Source: Methanobacteriota archaeon
GTDB taxonomy: Archaea > Thermoplasmatota > Poseidoniia > Poseidoniales > Poseidoniaceae
Assembly: GCA_018659375.1 (NCBI GenBank)
Contig: JABJMO010000031.1
Coordinates: 39,233 to 103,232, forward strand
Direction of reading: 5' to 3'
Length of the DNA: 64,000 nt
Shown: one piece after another, positions 28,573-39,087 of the stretch
How positions within the stretch are numbered: position 1 is the first letter of the stretch
Layout: every line of letters begins with the position of its first letter
Notes under the pieces: model-generated
Told to the model about the DNA's origin: nothing
The model's input: the letters and a program-made list of their open reading frames with translations, nothing else
The model's database searches: none
Translations under genes and position numbers: made by a program

Positions 28573-29664
28573 CTAAGAGAAGATTTGCCATGATTCTATG
28601 CGAATGAATATTTTACTAGCTGAAAATCCTTTTATTTCTTTACAAGTGAGAGATATTTCTCCAGCACCGTGTTGGATTAGTTTCTTTTCGATTGATTCTC
28701 TGATTACCACTAAGTTTTGCCTTTCAACAATAGCCCAGCCACGAATCAAAGATTTAGTTTCCTTCCGCATCAAAGGGAATAGATCGGCAAGGTGATCTAT
28801 TGTGTCGTGAGGTAAATTAACCAATAGAAAATCAGTAGATTCGGTGAGCTTCTGGTCTCTGCGCCACTCTCTAGCATCCATGCAAAATACGTGATTATCA
28901 AAAGTATAATTCGACTTGCTAACAAACGATGCAACATTATCTGTAAGAAGTTCCACGGCATCCGGATTTAAATCGCCGGCAAAGATTGTCTCAACTAATC
29001 CCTCGGTAGCAATTAAACTAGGTAATGCAGGGCCAACTCCAGCGTATGGGTCAGAAATTGCAATCGGCCGATTCAGTAAATTAGCAAGTTCTTTTGCCGC
29101 AACAACGTTGCCCTCTCGCTCGGTTGATAGCCTAGAGGAAAAGTATGCTTTAGCCGGATCTATAATGATGTTATGACCATTTTCTCTTATTTTTGTTAAC
29201 GTTGAAAAATTATCATCTCTGGCTAATATTGGAGAAATGTCTCGAACGCGGAATTCTCCAATAACTCCATTATCCGCGCATATGATTCTAGCACTTGAAA
29301 TCCTATCTAGCATAGCCCTAGCAACCTCATTTTGATACGGTTTGACTTCATCCTCCAAGCGGACAATCAGTACATCACCAACCATCTCATATGACCGTGG
29401 CCAATATTGTTCGAATTGTTGAAATAAGTCTCGATCTAACAGGTCGCTCCAATGTTTGATTTTGTTAACCTCTCGGGATAATGTGTGGTGGGCAAACCCC
29501 AACCAAATTGGGTTATCTTCTTGAGGTGCATGTTCAGCAAGTGGCAAGCCTTTTTCGCCGCCTTCTACAGTAACAACACCAAGGCCTGAAACCAACCAAT
29601 TATTGGTTTTCAAAACCTCCAACCAATGTTGAGTATCAACACTCGGCACTATCAAATGACGCAT
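28573..29664 (-). CDS. Trm5/TYW2 (Met-10+) family tRNA-modifying class I SAM-dependent transferase
   Basis: YEMVGDVLIV, GEFRVR, RENG...YFSSRLSTER, DPYAGVGP, DLNPDA, NLP. Confidence 0.85.
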   Translation of the reverse strand: MRHLIVPSVDTQHWLEVLKTNNWLVSGLGVVTVEGGEKGLPLAEHAPQEDNPIWLGFAHHTLSREVNKIKHWSDLLDRDLFQQFEQYWPRSYEMVGDVLIVRLEDEVKPYQNEVARAMLDRISSARIICADNGVIGEFRVRDISPILARDDNFSTLTKIRENGHNIIIDPAKAYFSSRLSTEREGNVVAAKELANLLNRPIAISDPYAGVGPALPSLIATEGLVETIFAGDLNPDAVELLTDNVASFVSKSNYTFDNHVFCMDAREWRRDQKLTESTDFLLVNLPHDTIDHLADLFPLMRKETKSLIRGWAIVERQNLVVIRESIEKKLIQHGAGEISLTCKEIKGFSASKIFIRIESWQIFS

Positions 29665-29701
29665 ACGCTTCGCACTGTCCAAGCATCACTGGGGTTTGAG
29701 C

Positions 29702-30580
29702 ATGGCGGATATCGAAGATAACGACCAGAAAACAGGTTTGCTCTTGATTGGTATTGGCCCAGGTGATGTCGCATTGGCCACCAGTGAAGCGATTGTAGCG
29801 GCAAAGATGGCAAATTATCGGCGCTATGAAGCCTACACTGCATTATGGCCTGAAGACCAATTGGCAAGTCTAGAAGAATCAGTTGGGCAAATTACCCGAG
29901 TAATGCGACCCGAAGTTGAAAATCCAGAAGAGTTGTTTGCTTTAGCACGAGATAACCTAGTTGCTTTGTTGATTGTTGGCGATCCATTACAAGCCACAAC
30001 TCACATCGACTTACAGCTACAGGCCGAAGAAGCTGGAATTTATTGTCGAGTAATACATGGAATATCGATTACTGGGCTAGTTACCGGAGCAATCGGTTTA
30101 TCAAATTACAAGTTTGGCCGGCAAACTACCTTGACATATCCTTATTCTGGCTGGATTGCCACCTCCCCACTTGAGGTCATTGCACTCAATAGTGCACTAG
30201 GGCATCATACTCTTGCGTTACTTGATTTAGACCCAACCGGCGCTGGAACAGGACAGCAAAAACCGATGATGCCAGGTGATGCTGTCGACTCAATCAAAGC
30301 GATGATTGATAAAGTAAACAATACAATAGATGAATTTCCGATAGAGTCTCCACAAGACACCATAAAATTACAATCGTTGAAACTTATGACTAGCGCTTCT
30401 CTAGCTGAGATTAAAGTCGTGCTGTGTAGCGATATGGGGACCAAACAGCAAAGCATCATATACACTAATTTAGCAGATTTAGCCAACGTTAAAGGTGGCG
30501 CGATGAATTGTTTAGTTTTCCCAGCAACTACGAGTGATGTTGAAGAGAAGGCCTTGCTTCGATGGGTACAGGAGAGGTGA
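29702..30580 (+). CDS. dph5: Diphthine synthase
   Basis: LLIGIG, EAYTA, VGDPLQATTH, IHGISI, GLSNYKFGRQTT, HTLALLDL. Confidence 0.92.
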   Translation: MADIEDNDQKTGLLLIGIGPGDVALATSEAIVAAKMANYRRYEAYTALWPEDQLASLEESVGQITRVMRPEVENPEELFALARDNLVALLIVGDPLQATTHIDLQLQAEEAGIYCRVIHGISITGLVTGAIGLSNYKFGRQTTLTYPYSGWIATSPLEVIALNSALGHHTLALLDLDPTGAGTGQQKPMMPGDAVDSIKAMIDKVNNTIDEFPIESPQDTIKLQSLKLMTSASLAEIKVVLCSDMGTKQQSIIYTNLADLANVKGGAMNCLVFPATTSDVEEKALLRWVQER

Positions 30581-30584
30581 AAAT

Positions 30585-32663
30585 ATGTCGGATGAAATAT
30601 TGATTTTGTTGTCTTTTTTACTCTTCATGGGCATCTTTGCTGGTGTTGGACTAGCCTCCATGCGAGTAAAAGAAGATACTACTGACGATTATTTAGTTGC
30701 TGGAAGGGGAATGCACCCTGCACTTGCTGCACTCTCAGCTGTTAGTACTTGGAATTCAGGCTACATGTTTATCGGATTTATCGGGTTTATTTTCTTAAAC
30801 GGTTATTCTGCACTATGGATTGCCGTTGTTTCGACAATTGGCCAATTAGTTGCTTGGATTTGGCTATACAAATACATTCAAAAAGAAGGAAAAGAACGAA
30901 ATTTGCGCTCTTTATCGTCTCTTGTTTCTAACAAAACCGGCGCCCCTGAAGCAAAAATCGCCGCTATACTCTCTGTATTTTTCTTATCGATATATGCTGC
31001 TGCACAACTAACTGCTGGTGGGGTGGCACTAAAATCAATGCTTGGATGGTCAGAAATTACTGGAATTCTAATCGGATTTGTTCTGGTAGTTGCGTATTGT
31101 TATGCTGGCGGAATTCGTGCTTCTATTTGGACTGACGCTGCGCAATCTTGTGTCATGATTGTCGGCTCAACCATTCTTTGTTTGGTCGCGCTGGGCAAAG
31201 TAGGGGGATTGTCTGGACTGCACAGTGCCTTGGTTGATATCGATCCAAACATGGTTAACGTATTTCCTTCTGGGCTAAAGTTCGGTGTAACACTTTGGAT
31301 AGCCGCGTTCTTCTTGGGCGGCTTAGGGGTTGCTGGCCAGCCACAAGTAGTATCTAGAATTATGACTCTCAACAGCGATGAAGACCGTAAACAAGCCATG
31401 GTTTGGTTCTTTGTTTGGCAAACTCCATTCATTGTTTTGATGTTCTTAATTGGTCTTGCCTGTCGAGCAATATTCCCTGAGATGCTACCTGCAGATGCCG
31501 AAACTGGCCTGCCAAGGCTTGCTCAAAGCCTTAATCCGATTCTTGGCGGAGTTATTCTAGCGTCTATCTTTGCCGCAACAATGTCGACTGCCGACAGCCA
31601 GGTATTGGCCTGTACCGCAGCAATCACTGATGATGTTAAACCAGAATGGAATCAAGATCATGGCAAAACCAAAAAAGTAACTTTAGCAGTCGCAGCCTTC
31701 GCTACTAGTATCTCACTAGTTGGCCAACAATTCCCCGGATTTGGTGATTCTGTATTCGCCTTGGTTGTCTTTGCAGTATACGGTTTAGGCGGCATATTTG
31801 TCCCGTTGGTGTTGATTAGGATGATTGGTTATGAGCCAGATTCAAAACACACTATTTCGATGATGATTGCCGCACTTCTTGGAGTGTTGATTTGGACTGT
31901 TTTAGGTTACGGCGAATACATTTTCCCTTCCGTACCGGGAATGGGTGCAGCATTTGCTGTTCACCTTGGCTTTTGCTGGAAGCGAGATCTTTCTGAGGCA
32001 AATCCGTTTGGCAGATACAGTGTGCCAACTAGAAAAATATCGGCGATTGGGGCGGTTATTTTACTGGCGTTTGTTGGGGGGATGGAAGGCACATACCAGG
32101 TATTTGCCCCAAACTCATCAAGCATGTCGGATAAAGTTGGTTCTTACTCAGTAAGTGGGACCTATTCCTTCCATGAAATTATAGATGGTTCAGAATTCAT
32201 TGAAGATGGGGAATCTATACCAATAGAGGCGAATTCAGAAGATTCTATGGATTCTCTAGATGGCCTCAATATTATAGGAGTATTAATCACAATTGCTCAC
32301 CAAGACGATGAAACTGTTACAGGGCTGGGGTGTTTAGTCGCTGACCCGCCGCAAGATGATACTGTTGATGCGTCCATTGGATATTCGGGTCTTTCTGCTT
32401 CTGACTCAAGTACTGGAGGATTTGCTTTCCAGTTAGATTGGCATAATTCTACCTTGATTGATACAACCGTTAGTAACATGACTAAATCAGAAATTGACAT
32501 GATGCTAAATGGTGGCGGATTAGGGTTAGGTGGGTATGAGTTAATTCTTGGCGTAACCGTACAAAATGGTGGTGGCGCTGGATGTTCAAGTGATGACACT
32601 GGTCAAGATGTAAATTACAAAATTGAGCTCGTGTCACTAGAGTACACAATAACGGCTGTATGA
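30585..32663 (+). CDS. Sodium:solute symporter (PutP-like) with a long soluble C-terminal domain
   Basis: DYLVAGR, ALSAVSTWNSGYMFIG, GGIRASIWTDAAQ, GQPQVVSR, FAATMSTADSQ. GGAGAGGTGA SD-like site upstream. About 190-aa acidic tail. Confidence 0.9.
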   Translation: MSDEILILLSFLLFMGIFAGVGLASMRVKEDTTDDYLVAGRGMHPALAALSAVSTWNSGYMFIGFIGFIFLNGYSALWIAVVSTIGQLVAWIWLYKYIQKEGKERNLRSLSSLVSNKTGAPEAKIAAILSVFFLSIYAAAQLTAGGVALKSMLGWSEITGILIGFVLVVAYCYAGGIRASIWTDAAQSCVMIVGSTILCLVALGKVGGLSGLHSALVDIDPNMVNVFPSGLKFGVTLWIAAFFLGGLGVAGQPQVVSRIMTLNSDEDRKQAMVWFFVWQTPFIVLMFLIGLACRAIFPEMLPADAETGLPRLAQSLNPILGGVILASIFAATMSTADSQVLACTAAITDDVKPEWNQDHGKTKKVTLAVAAFATSISLVGQQFPGFGDSVFALVVFAVYGLGGIFVPLVLIRMIGYEPDSKHTISMMIAALLGVLIWTVLGYGEYIFPSVPGMGAAFAVHLGFCWKRDLSEANPFGRYSVPTRKISAIGAVILLAFVGGMEGTYQVFAPNSSSMSDKVGSYSVSGTYSFHEIIDGSEFIEDGESIPIEANSEDSMDSLDGLNIIGVLITIAHQDDETVTGLGCLVADPPQDDTVDASIGYSGLSASDSSTGGFAFQLDWHNSTLIDTTVSNMTKSEIDMMLNGGGLGLGGYELILGVTVQNGGGAGCSSDDTGQDVNYKIELVSLEYTITAV

Positions 32664-32675
32664 TTGGAATTCGTT

Positions 32676-33521
32676 TTAAAGTTCGAATTTCATCCCTTGT
32701 TTACCTATTTTCCAACCCATTTCAACGACTTGGGTGTATTCTTCGCCCCACTGATCGTAAACTGGATTGGTATGATTTAGATGAATGAAAATAACCTCCG
32801 GGTCGCCTTGACGCTTGAAACCGAGCATGTCAAGGGTCTGAGTAATTGGCGGATGAGGTACTTTGTCCTGATTGCGGCCCGCTAATTCATCAGCAGACCA
32901 AAATGTACCATCAATCAGAGCAATGTCAATGTTTAGTTGGCCAAACCATTCTCTAAGGTCATTGCACTGATGTAACTCGAGGGTTTCTTGCCAAGTATCG
33001 TGATCTGGAAGATATAGTAGAGTTTTATTTGGTCCTTTGATTACAAAAGCATGCATATCAGAGAGTTCAGCTCGGTGCGGGACAAGTATTGGGGTAATGG
33101 AAAAACCCTCTTGCCTTAATGCTGTTTTACTAACTATCTCTTTGAGTGAAAATACTCCTTGATCTAACATTAATTTCCACTGAGGGGTATCGCTTAGCAG
33201 TGTATGCATCGATTTTGAAGTATGTAATTTCAAACCTTTTGCGTTGATTGTTTCTCTGCCGAACTGCCCCAAACCATCAACATGGCCAAAGTGTGCGTGG
33301 GTTAACCAGACATGGGTCGGTAATTTACCATCCATAAACTGTAATTGGCTTGCCAAATTTCTTGTGACGTCGATGAGGTGAACTTCACTTGGCGATATTA
33401 CTCCTAAGGAAGTTGGATAACTTGTTTGGTCTGCTGATAACCCGATACAGCATGACTTATTGCAACCTGCTTGAGGTCTGCCGCCATCTTGAGCAATGCC
33501 CAGTAATATTGCCTCGACCAT
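32676..33521 (-). CDS. Metallo-beta-lactamase-fold hydrolase, PqqB-like
   Basis: LLGIAQDGGRPQAGC..CC, LTHAHFGHVDG, VPHRAE, PDHD, IDGTF, PHP, IHLNHTNP. Confidence 0.85.
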   Translation of the reverse strand: MVEAILLGIAQDGGRPQAGCNKSCCIGLSADQTSYPTSLGVISPSEVHLIDVTRNLASQLQFMDGKLPTHVWLTHAHFGHVDGLGQFGRETINAKGLKLHTSKSMHTLLSDTPQWKLMLDQGVFSLKEIVSKTALRQEGFSITPILVPHRAELSDMHAFVIKGPNKTLLYLPDHDTWQETLELHQCNDLREWFGQLNIDIALIDGTFWSADELAGRNQDKVPHPPITQTLDMLGFKRQGDPEVIFIHLNHTNPVYDQWGEEYTQVVEMGWKIGKQGMKFEL

Positions 33522-33633
33522 GTGTGAGCGAAAACTTTCACCAAAATGAATCATGCCGTTAGAACAAATACTGTTGCTGTGGTAAACGAAGAACTCAAAC
33601 CATACCTGCTATTGGAACAGATAAGGGGAGTAC

Positions 33634-35382
33634 ATGGCTAAACCAGCACAAGTTGAATTCCCTGGACAAAAACGGCAAAGGGTGCGTCTTAGGGGGACAA
33701 AGCACGCCAATGAAGCCACAGCAAAGAAGTTGAAGAAGGACTTGGGCCGGCTACTTGACAACCCATATTCGCATCTGCCAGAGATGTTGTGGAAGGGTAA
33801 AATGCGTTGGGGTAGGACTGACCCTGTTACAAAAACCTTGAAAGAATTAGATAAAATCATTAAGAAAAAATATGACACTAAATGGCTATCAAAGCGAATG
33901 ATGGCTAAACGAGGCGATCCTGTAGCAAAGGCATTTGCTGGGTCTATGCACGCTTGTCATGATGAAGATTTTACCACGGTTGGGAAATTCTCTTCAGCGT
34001 CTTTTGGCTCAGCATCGTTTGTTCGAAGAGGCGATGGAAAGCAAGGCTATCTTGCTGGCCTGCAGAACTATTCCAATGTCACTTTGAGAATGTTGCCATG
34101 GGAAGAGCACGCTAAGCGTGGAATGTACTTCTTTTCGTGGAAAGGTGGGTTTGTATGCACTGGACCTGACCCCTCGCCACCAGAAGAATGGATTGAAGAT
34201 GTAATGTCAAGATCTCGTTTCAAATTCAAAAATGCTGAACATGAAGGTGCAAAAATATGGCTTACTGATGATGTTGAATTAGATTCTGTACTATCTAATG
34301 AAGTGGATGACGGTTATATCAGATTCACGTTCAAAAACGGTTCAATGGTAGTAATCGGTTTTGAATCACTGAAAGTTGGGGATAAGAAAGATACCTCGTT
34401 TATTCAGCACCTTGCACTGTCAATGCTACCACCGTTCTTGCCTTCAATTGTTGATATCGATGCATCTTGGAAACCTTCTGGGTGGCCTATTGGTACTGAT
34501 TTACCAAGTGAAGTGGGTGAAGGAGTGGACAAAATACTAGATGCTTGGCAAGGTCTAGTAATGAATGAAGGATTGGTTGCTCAGGCCATCAAACGCTCGG
34601 TCATCGACTCTATTGAAAGTGGGCTAATTGTTAACTCTAATTGGATTTCTGGCGAGGATTTTGATGAGGTTAGAGAGGCACTGAATGATGTTGCTGGATC
34701 AAAAGACGAACAAGACCTTGCAGCCCATATTTTGATGGTTTGCTATGAAAGTGATTTTGAAGATGGCATCGGCATGAGGATTAACACAAGGGGTGAAACT
34801 TCTGAACGCAAAACCCCAACATTGGAAATTCTTGACGGGGCAAGTTGCGGCGATGTACTTGGAGTGCTATGGGAAGATTACGGTCTTGCAGCTCTTGGGA
34901 AAATTGGTATTGATGGTGATGAAGCAGAAGATATTTGGGATAAACAGAATACCAAACCAAAACCATTTGGAAAATTCCTCAAGAGTCTAGATTCGGCCCG
35001 AGAGGGTGCTAAATTGTCTGCCCGGATACCGACAAAATCTGGCGAGTTGGGTGGTTCAAGTGGATATATCGTCGATCTTATCCGCATCGGCCTACTAGAA
35101 GGATTTGGTAAAGCAGAGCGTGTAGCAACATCTAGACATTCGTCTATCGACGTTGCAGCTGCTGCATGGGCTTGGTTATTGGCCGCAGATAGGTCATCTG
35201 GACAGGAGTGGCATTTTGATTCCGATGCTCGTAATAAAGCTGGTGCGTGGATGCAATCAACAAAGAAACTACTCGAATGCGGGGCTTTATTGTTGAAATG
35301 TGAGGAAGCAGAATTAGCCGACCTTACCGATGTATGGATTGAAAATCTAACCCTACTGAGAACAGAAACCGGTGAAGCTTGA
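33634..35382 (+). CDS. Hypothetical protein
   Basis: 582-aa ORF with a basic N-terminus and acidic remainder. No family recognised. Confidence 0.8.
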   Translation: MAKPAQVEFPGQKRQRVRLRGTKHANEATAKKLKKDLGRLLDNPYSHLPEMLWKGKMRWGRTDPVTKTLKELDKIIKKKYDTKWLSKRMMAKRGDPVAKAFAGSMHACHDEDFTTVGKFSSASFGSASFVRRGDGKQGYLAGLQNYSNVTLRMLPWEEHAKRGMYFFSWKGGFVCTGPDPSPPEEWIEDVMSRSRFKFKNAEHEGAKIWLTDDVELDSVLSNEVDDGYIRFTFKNGSMVVIGFESLKVGDKKDTSFIQHLALSMLPPFLPSIVDIDASWKPSGWPIGTDLPSEVGEGVDKILDAWQGLVMNEGLVAQAIKRSVIDSIESGLIVNSNWISGEDFDEVREALNDVAGSKDEQDLAAHILMVCYESDFEDGIGMRINTRGETSERKTPTLEILDGASCGDVLGVLWEDYGLAALGKIGIDGDEAEDIWDKQNTKPKPFGKFLKSLDSAREGAKLSARIPTKSGELGGSSGYIVDLIRIGLLEGFGKAERVATSRHSSIDVAAAAWAWLLAADRSSGQEWHFDSDARNKAGAWMQSTKKLLECGALLLKCEEAELADLTDVWIENLTLLRTETGEA

Positions 35383-35384
35383 GA

Positions 35385-36587
35385 TCAGACGTTTGCAAAA
35401 CCACGCTCGATATCTGCCCAAAGATCTTCGATATCTTCAATTCCGATACTCATTCTTACATAACCAGGAACTAATCCTGCTGCATAACGTACATCTTCTG
35501 GAATCATCATGTGGCTAGAATTAAATGGACATTCAACAAGTGACTCTACTCCTCCAAGACTAGTTGCTTCGTAGATCATTTTGAGTCCACGCATGAAAGC
35601 CAATGCTGCATCATCGCCGCCTTTTACTACAAAACCAATCATTCCAGTGCCCTTTGGCATGATTCTTTGTGCAACTTCATATTGTGGATGAGACTCTAAA
35701 GTCGGATGGTTTACTCTCTCAATCATTGAATGGCTTTCCAAGCGCTTGGCTAATTCTGCAGCATTATCACATATTTTTGGCATTCTAACATGTAGTGTTC
35801 TCATCCCACGCTCCAACAAAAAACACGAATTTGGATCTGCACTACCGCCAAAATGCACCTTCCGGTGGAAAATATTCTCTATGTGTTCACGAGAACCAAC
35901 TACTGCGCCACCAATAATATCTGAGTGTCCACCTAGATACTTAGTAGTCGAATGTATTACTAAGTCTGCGCCAAGCGATAATGGTTGACAACCCCAAGGA
36001 GATGTGAAAGTGTTATCGATTATGCAAATTAGGCCGTGTTTCTTGGCTAATGTAGCCATTGCTTCAACATCACAAACCTTCAACACCGGATTAGTTAATG
36101 TTTCAATATACAGTACCTTGGTATTGGTTTGGATTGCTGCCTCATATGAACTAGCATCAGTCATGTCTGCCATGGTTACTTCAATGCCAAACCGAGGAAA
36201 TTCTTCAGTCAATAATCCGTACGTCCCGCCATATACATCAGTTGATGCAACTACGTGGTCACCCGATGATAACAGCGCCATTAGAGTGGAAGATATTGCT
36301 GCCATACCAGAAGAGAAAACCTCGCCATCTTCAGCGCCTTCTAGGGAACATATCTTTTTGATGACTGCTTCGGCATTAACTGAGGTTATTCTGGTGTAAA
36401 GTAAAGCGTGATGCGCCCCAGCAGCCCATCCTGCGTATCTCTCATCAGTTAATTTGTAAGTTGAAGATTGGAAAATCGGGGTGTTGACTGCATCGCCAAC
36501 GTGATTGGTTCCTGAATGTACTGCCTTACTGCCAAATCCGGTTAATTTTGGTTGTGAATCTTCTGACAATTTGTTGTCCTCAGCCAT
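35385..36587 (-). CDS. PLP-dependent trans-sulfuration enzyme (methionine gamma-lyase / cystathionine gamma-lyase family)
   Basis: TPIFQSST, FSSGMAAI, YGGT, ETLTNP, DNTF, HSTTKYLGGHSD (PLP Lys), SLGGVESL, RMSIGIED. Confidence 0.92.
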   Translation of the reverse strand: MAEDNKLSEDSQPKLTGFGSKAVHSGTNHVGDAVNTPIFQSSTYKLTDERYAGWAAGAHHALLYTRITSVNAEAVIKKICSLEGAEDGEVFSSGMAAISSTLMALLSSGDHVVASTDVYGGTYGLLTEEFPRFGIEVTMADMTDASSYEAAIQTNTKVLYIETLTNPVLKVCDVEAMATLAKKHGLICIIDNTFTSPWGCQPLSLGADLVIHSTTKYLGGHSDIIGGAVVGSREHIENIFHRKVHFGGSADPNSCFLLERGMRTLHVRMPKICDNAAELAKRLESHSMIERVNHPTLESHPQYEVAQRIMPKGTGMIGFVVKGGDDAALAFMRGLKMIYEATSLGGVESLVECPFNSSHMMIPEDVRYAAGLVPGYVRMSIGIEDIEDLWADIERGFANV

Positions 36588-36628
36588 TCCAATACTAGGT
36601 AGACTTTGAACGATGCGATAGAGAAATC

Positions 36629-37609
36629 CTACTCTTCTGAGGTTTTTTCCTCGCCAGAAAAGAACTCAACAATGATGTTGCCAATGAATAGCGAACCGCC
36701 GCCAACTAGTATCCATATACTCCAATCTACCATGTCAATGCCAAGACCGTAGATTGTCGCCCAGACTGGCTCTAAAGCGTAGATTATCGCTGCTTGTATC
36801 GGGTGTAAGTAGCGTTGATAGAGGTTTAAGAATAACAGACAAAAGAACGACCCTCCTACTCCCAGCAGCAGTACTGGAATAATTACCCCGTCGGAAAATA
36901 TTAGATTCCACTGTTCGCTATTAGTTCCATCACCAAGCAAAAATACAGTGATAGCAGAGCAAAGTGATACAATAATAAATGACGTTGTAGATACACCAAT
37001 TGGGTCTCTTCTAGAAGTAATATGTTGAGTAAATAGAATATGAAGAGCAAAGATAAGGGCGCAAAATACGGTGATAAATTCAGCCATCCCCCATGTAAGA
37101 TGCGGGGGGCCTTGGATAAATCCTGCGCCGAAAGTAGCCAATGCTACTCCGATTATCATTATTTTAGTAGGAGATTTTAGGTTGTATACTGAAGAAATTA
37201 AGGCAGTAAAAACCACATAAAGGGATGTTAAAAATGCCGAAACTGAAGGATCTATGTTATCTAAGCCAATCATTTGTGATAGGTAGGCAACAAACATCAG
37301 AACTCCTAAGACAACACCGTCCTGCCAAATTTGCTTATCAAAAAGTGATTGCCTAGCTTTCTTAAAAAATACCAACATCATCAGCGCAGCAATCGCAAAC
37401 CGTGCAAATACTAAGACTGCAACAACTCCGTTAGTGCCGAGAGCGGATTTTTCGGCATCCAGAGAATCCAATGCTTGTTTCATCCAAATAAATGTTGCAC
37501 CCCAAACTAAAGTTACTGCGAGTAAGGCAAAAATAGCAATCTTACGTTGTTCAGGTGTCGCACTCTGTTCTAAGTTGTCCAATACCACTGTGGTTTGGGC
37601 TTCGGACAT
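36629..37609 (-). CDS. DMT (EamA) family transporter
   Basis: TLVWGATF, RFAIA, SAFLTSLYVVF, AAIIYALEPVWA. About ten TM helices. Confidence 0.92.
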   Translation of the reverse strand: MSEAQTTVVLDNLEQSATPEQRKIAIFALLAVTLVWGATFIWMKQALDSLDAEKSALGTNGVVAVLVFARFAIAALMMLVFFKKARQSLFDKQIWQDGVVLGVLMFVAYLSQMIGLDNIDPSVSAFLTSLYVVFTALISSVYNLKSPTKIMIIGVALATFGAGFIQGPPHLTWGMAEFITVFCALIFALHILFTQHITSRRDPIGVSTTSFIIVSLCSAITVFLLGDGTNSEQWNLIFSDGVIIPVLLLGVGGSFFCLLFLNLYQRYLHPIQAAIIYALEPVWATIYGLGIDMVDWSIWILVGGGSLFIGNIIVEFFSGEEKTSEE

Positions 37610-37711
37610 AATATTCCCACCAATTTCGAGTGCATTATAGTGATGGTTAAAACTGTAATTAATTACTATTTGAAAGATAAGCCTCAAAGGGTGCTTACTG
37701 TTCGTGATACT

Positions 37712-39079
37712 ATGGCTCAGACAACTAGTTCATGGGAGTTGCCCATCGCTACTGGAGAAGTTCCTGATGACAATAGTACTTTTGACGCGATAGTTGTTGG
37801 TGGTGGACCGGGCGGCTCGGCGGCTGCAGGATACCTAGCAATGGCTGGTAAATCTGTGCTGTTACTAGAGAAGGGGGTTTGGCCGCGCGACAAGATTTGT
37901 GGAGATGCTGTTGGTGGCAAATCATTGAGCCATGTAAAAGCATTAGGAGTCAAAGAAGCCTTGGAAAGTAGCCCGCATTTTAGGGTGACTGGAATCAAGT
38001 TTTCCTCACCCAAAGGAAATACTGTCAGAGTCGCCTTGCCAGAAGAAGATGTTCAGCGGTTAGAAGCAGGATATGCATTGCCAAGGATACAATTTGACCA
38101 TTTATTATTCGATAGATGTCAACACCTCGTTAGAGAAAGTGGTGGTATGGTGATTCAGGATTGTGCGGTAAAAGATGTTTTATTCGACGACGGGAATGGG
38201 GGAGATGACCCAGGAGTGGGTACAGGAAACCTGCGTCATGCACACGGCGTTACAGTCACTATTGGCGGAAGAGGGGGCGAGCAGCGAACTTACTTTTCGA
38301 AGGAGATTGTCGGTGCTGCTGGATATCAATGCCCTGTAGCTAAGGCTGTTGTCAAAGAATCATTTTCTGAAGAAATGGTCGACAACACTCACTATTGTGG
38401 TGGATATCGAGAATATTGGCGTAATGTTGAGGGCTGTTCTGGCGGCGTTGGAGACATTGAAATTCATTTTGTTGATTCAATTATTCCAGGTTACTTCTGG
38501 ATTTTCCCCGTCTCTGAAGACGTCGTTAATGTTGGAGTGGGGATGGTGATTAATCTGTTGAAGAAAGAGAAAAAGAAGCTCAAAGCATTGCAAAAAGATG
38601 TTATTGAGAACCACCCTATTTTCAAAGAGCGGTTTGCCAATTCTGAAATGATAAAAGGTAGCGGCAAAGGATGGCAACTACCGTTTGGGTCGCCTAGAAA
38701 GAAAGAGAAAAATCAGCCTCGCCGAGCAAGTATGAATGGAATTCGCCTAGTTGGCGATTCTGCTTCTCTTGTTGATCCGTTTTCTGGTGAAGGTGTCGGG
38801 AATGCGCTTGTTACTGGAGAGTTAGCAGCCAACCACATACTAGCAGGTAAATCACCTGAACAATATCAAGAGGAAATGTGGGCAATGTTGGGTCCAGAAT
38901 TAACTAATTCCTATCGTATGCAAAAATTAAGTAGGAAAAAATGGTTGCTAAATTGGTTTGTCGGCAAGGCTAGTAAGAAACCGGTTATTCAGGAAATGAT
39001 GACTGAAATGATCGCTTCAAAAGAGGCTCAAGAAAATCTACATTCGCCATGGTTCATGTTCAAAACACTAATGTTTTAG
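37712..39079 (+). CDS. Geranylgeranyl reductase family FAD-dependent oxidoreductase
   Basis: VVGGGPGGS, EKGVWPRDKICGD, RIQFD, PGYFWIFP, NVGVG, GDSASLVDPFSGEGV. Confidence 0.9.
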   Translation: MAQTTSSWELPIATGEVPDDNSTFDAIVVGGGPGGSAAAGYLAMAGKSVLLLEKGVWPRDKICGDAVGGKSLSHVKALGVKEALESSPHFRVTGIKFSSPKGNTVRVALPEEDVQRLEAGYALPRIQFDHLLFDRCQHLVRESGGMVIQDCAVKDVLFDDGNGGDDPGVGTGNLRHAHGVTVTIGGRGGEQRTYFSKEIVGAAGYQCPVAKAVVKESFSEEMVDNTHYCGGYREYWRNVEGCSGGVGDIEIHFVDSIIPGYFWIFPVSEDVVNVGVGMVINLLKKEKKKLKALQKDVIENHPIFKERFANSEMIKGSGKGWQLPFGSPRKKEKNQPRRASMNGIRLVGDSASLVDPFSGEGVGNALVTGELAANHILAGKSPEQYQEEMWAMLGPELTNSYRMQKLSRKKWLLNWFVGKASKKPVIQEMMTEMIASKEAQENLHSPWFMFKTLMF

Positions 39080-39087
39080 GTGATTAG

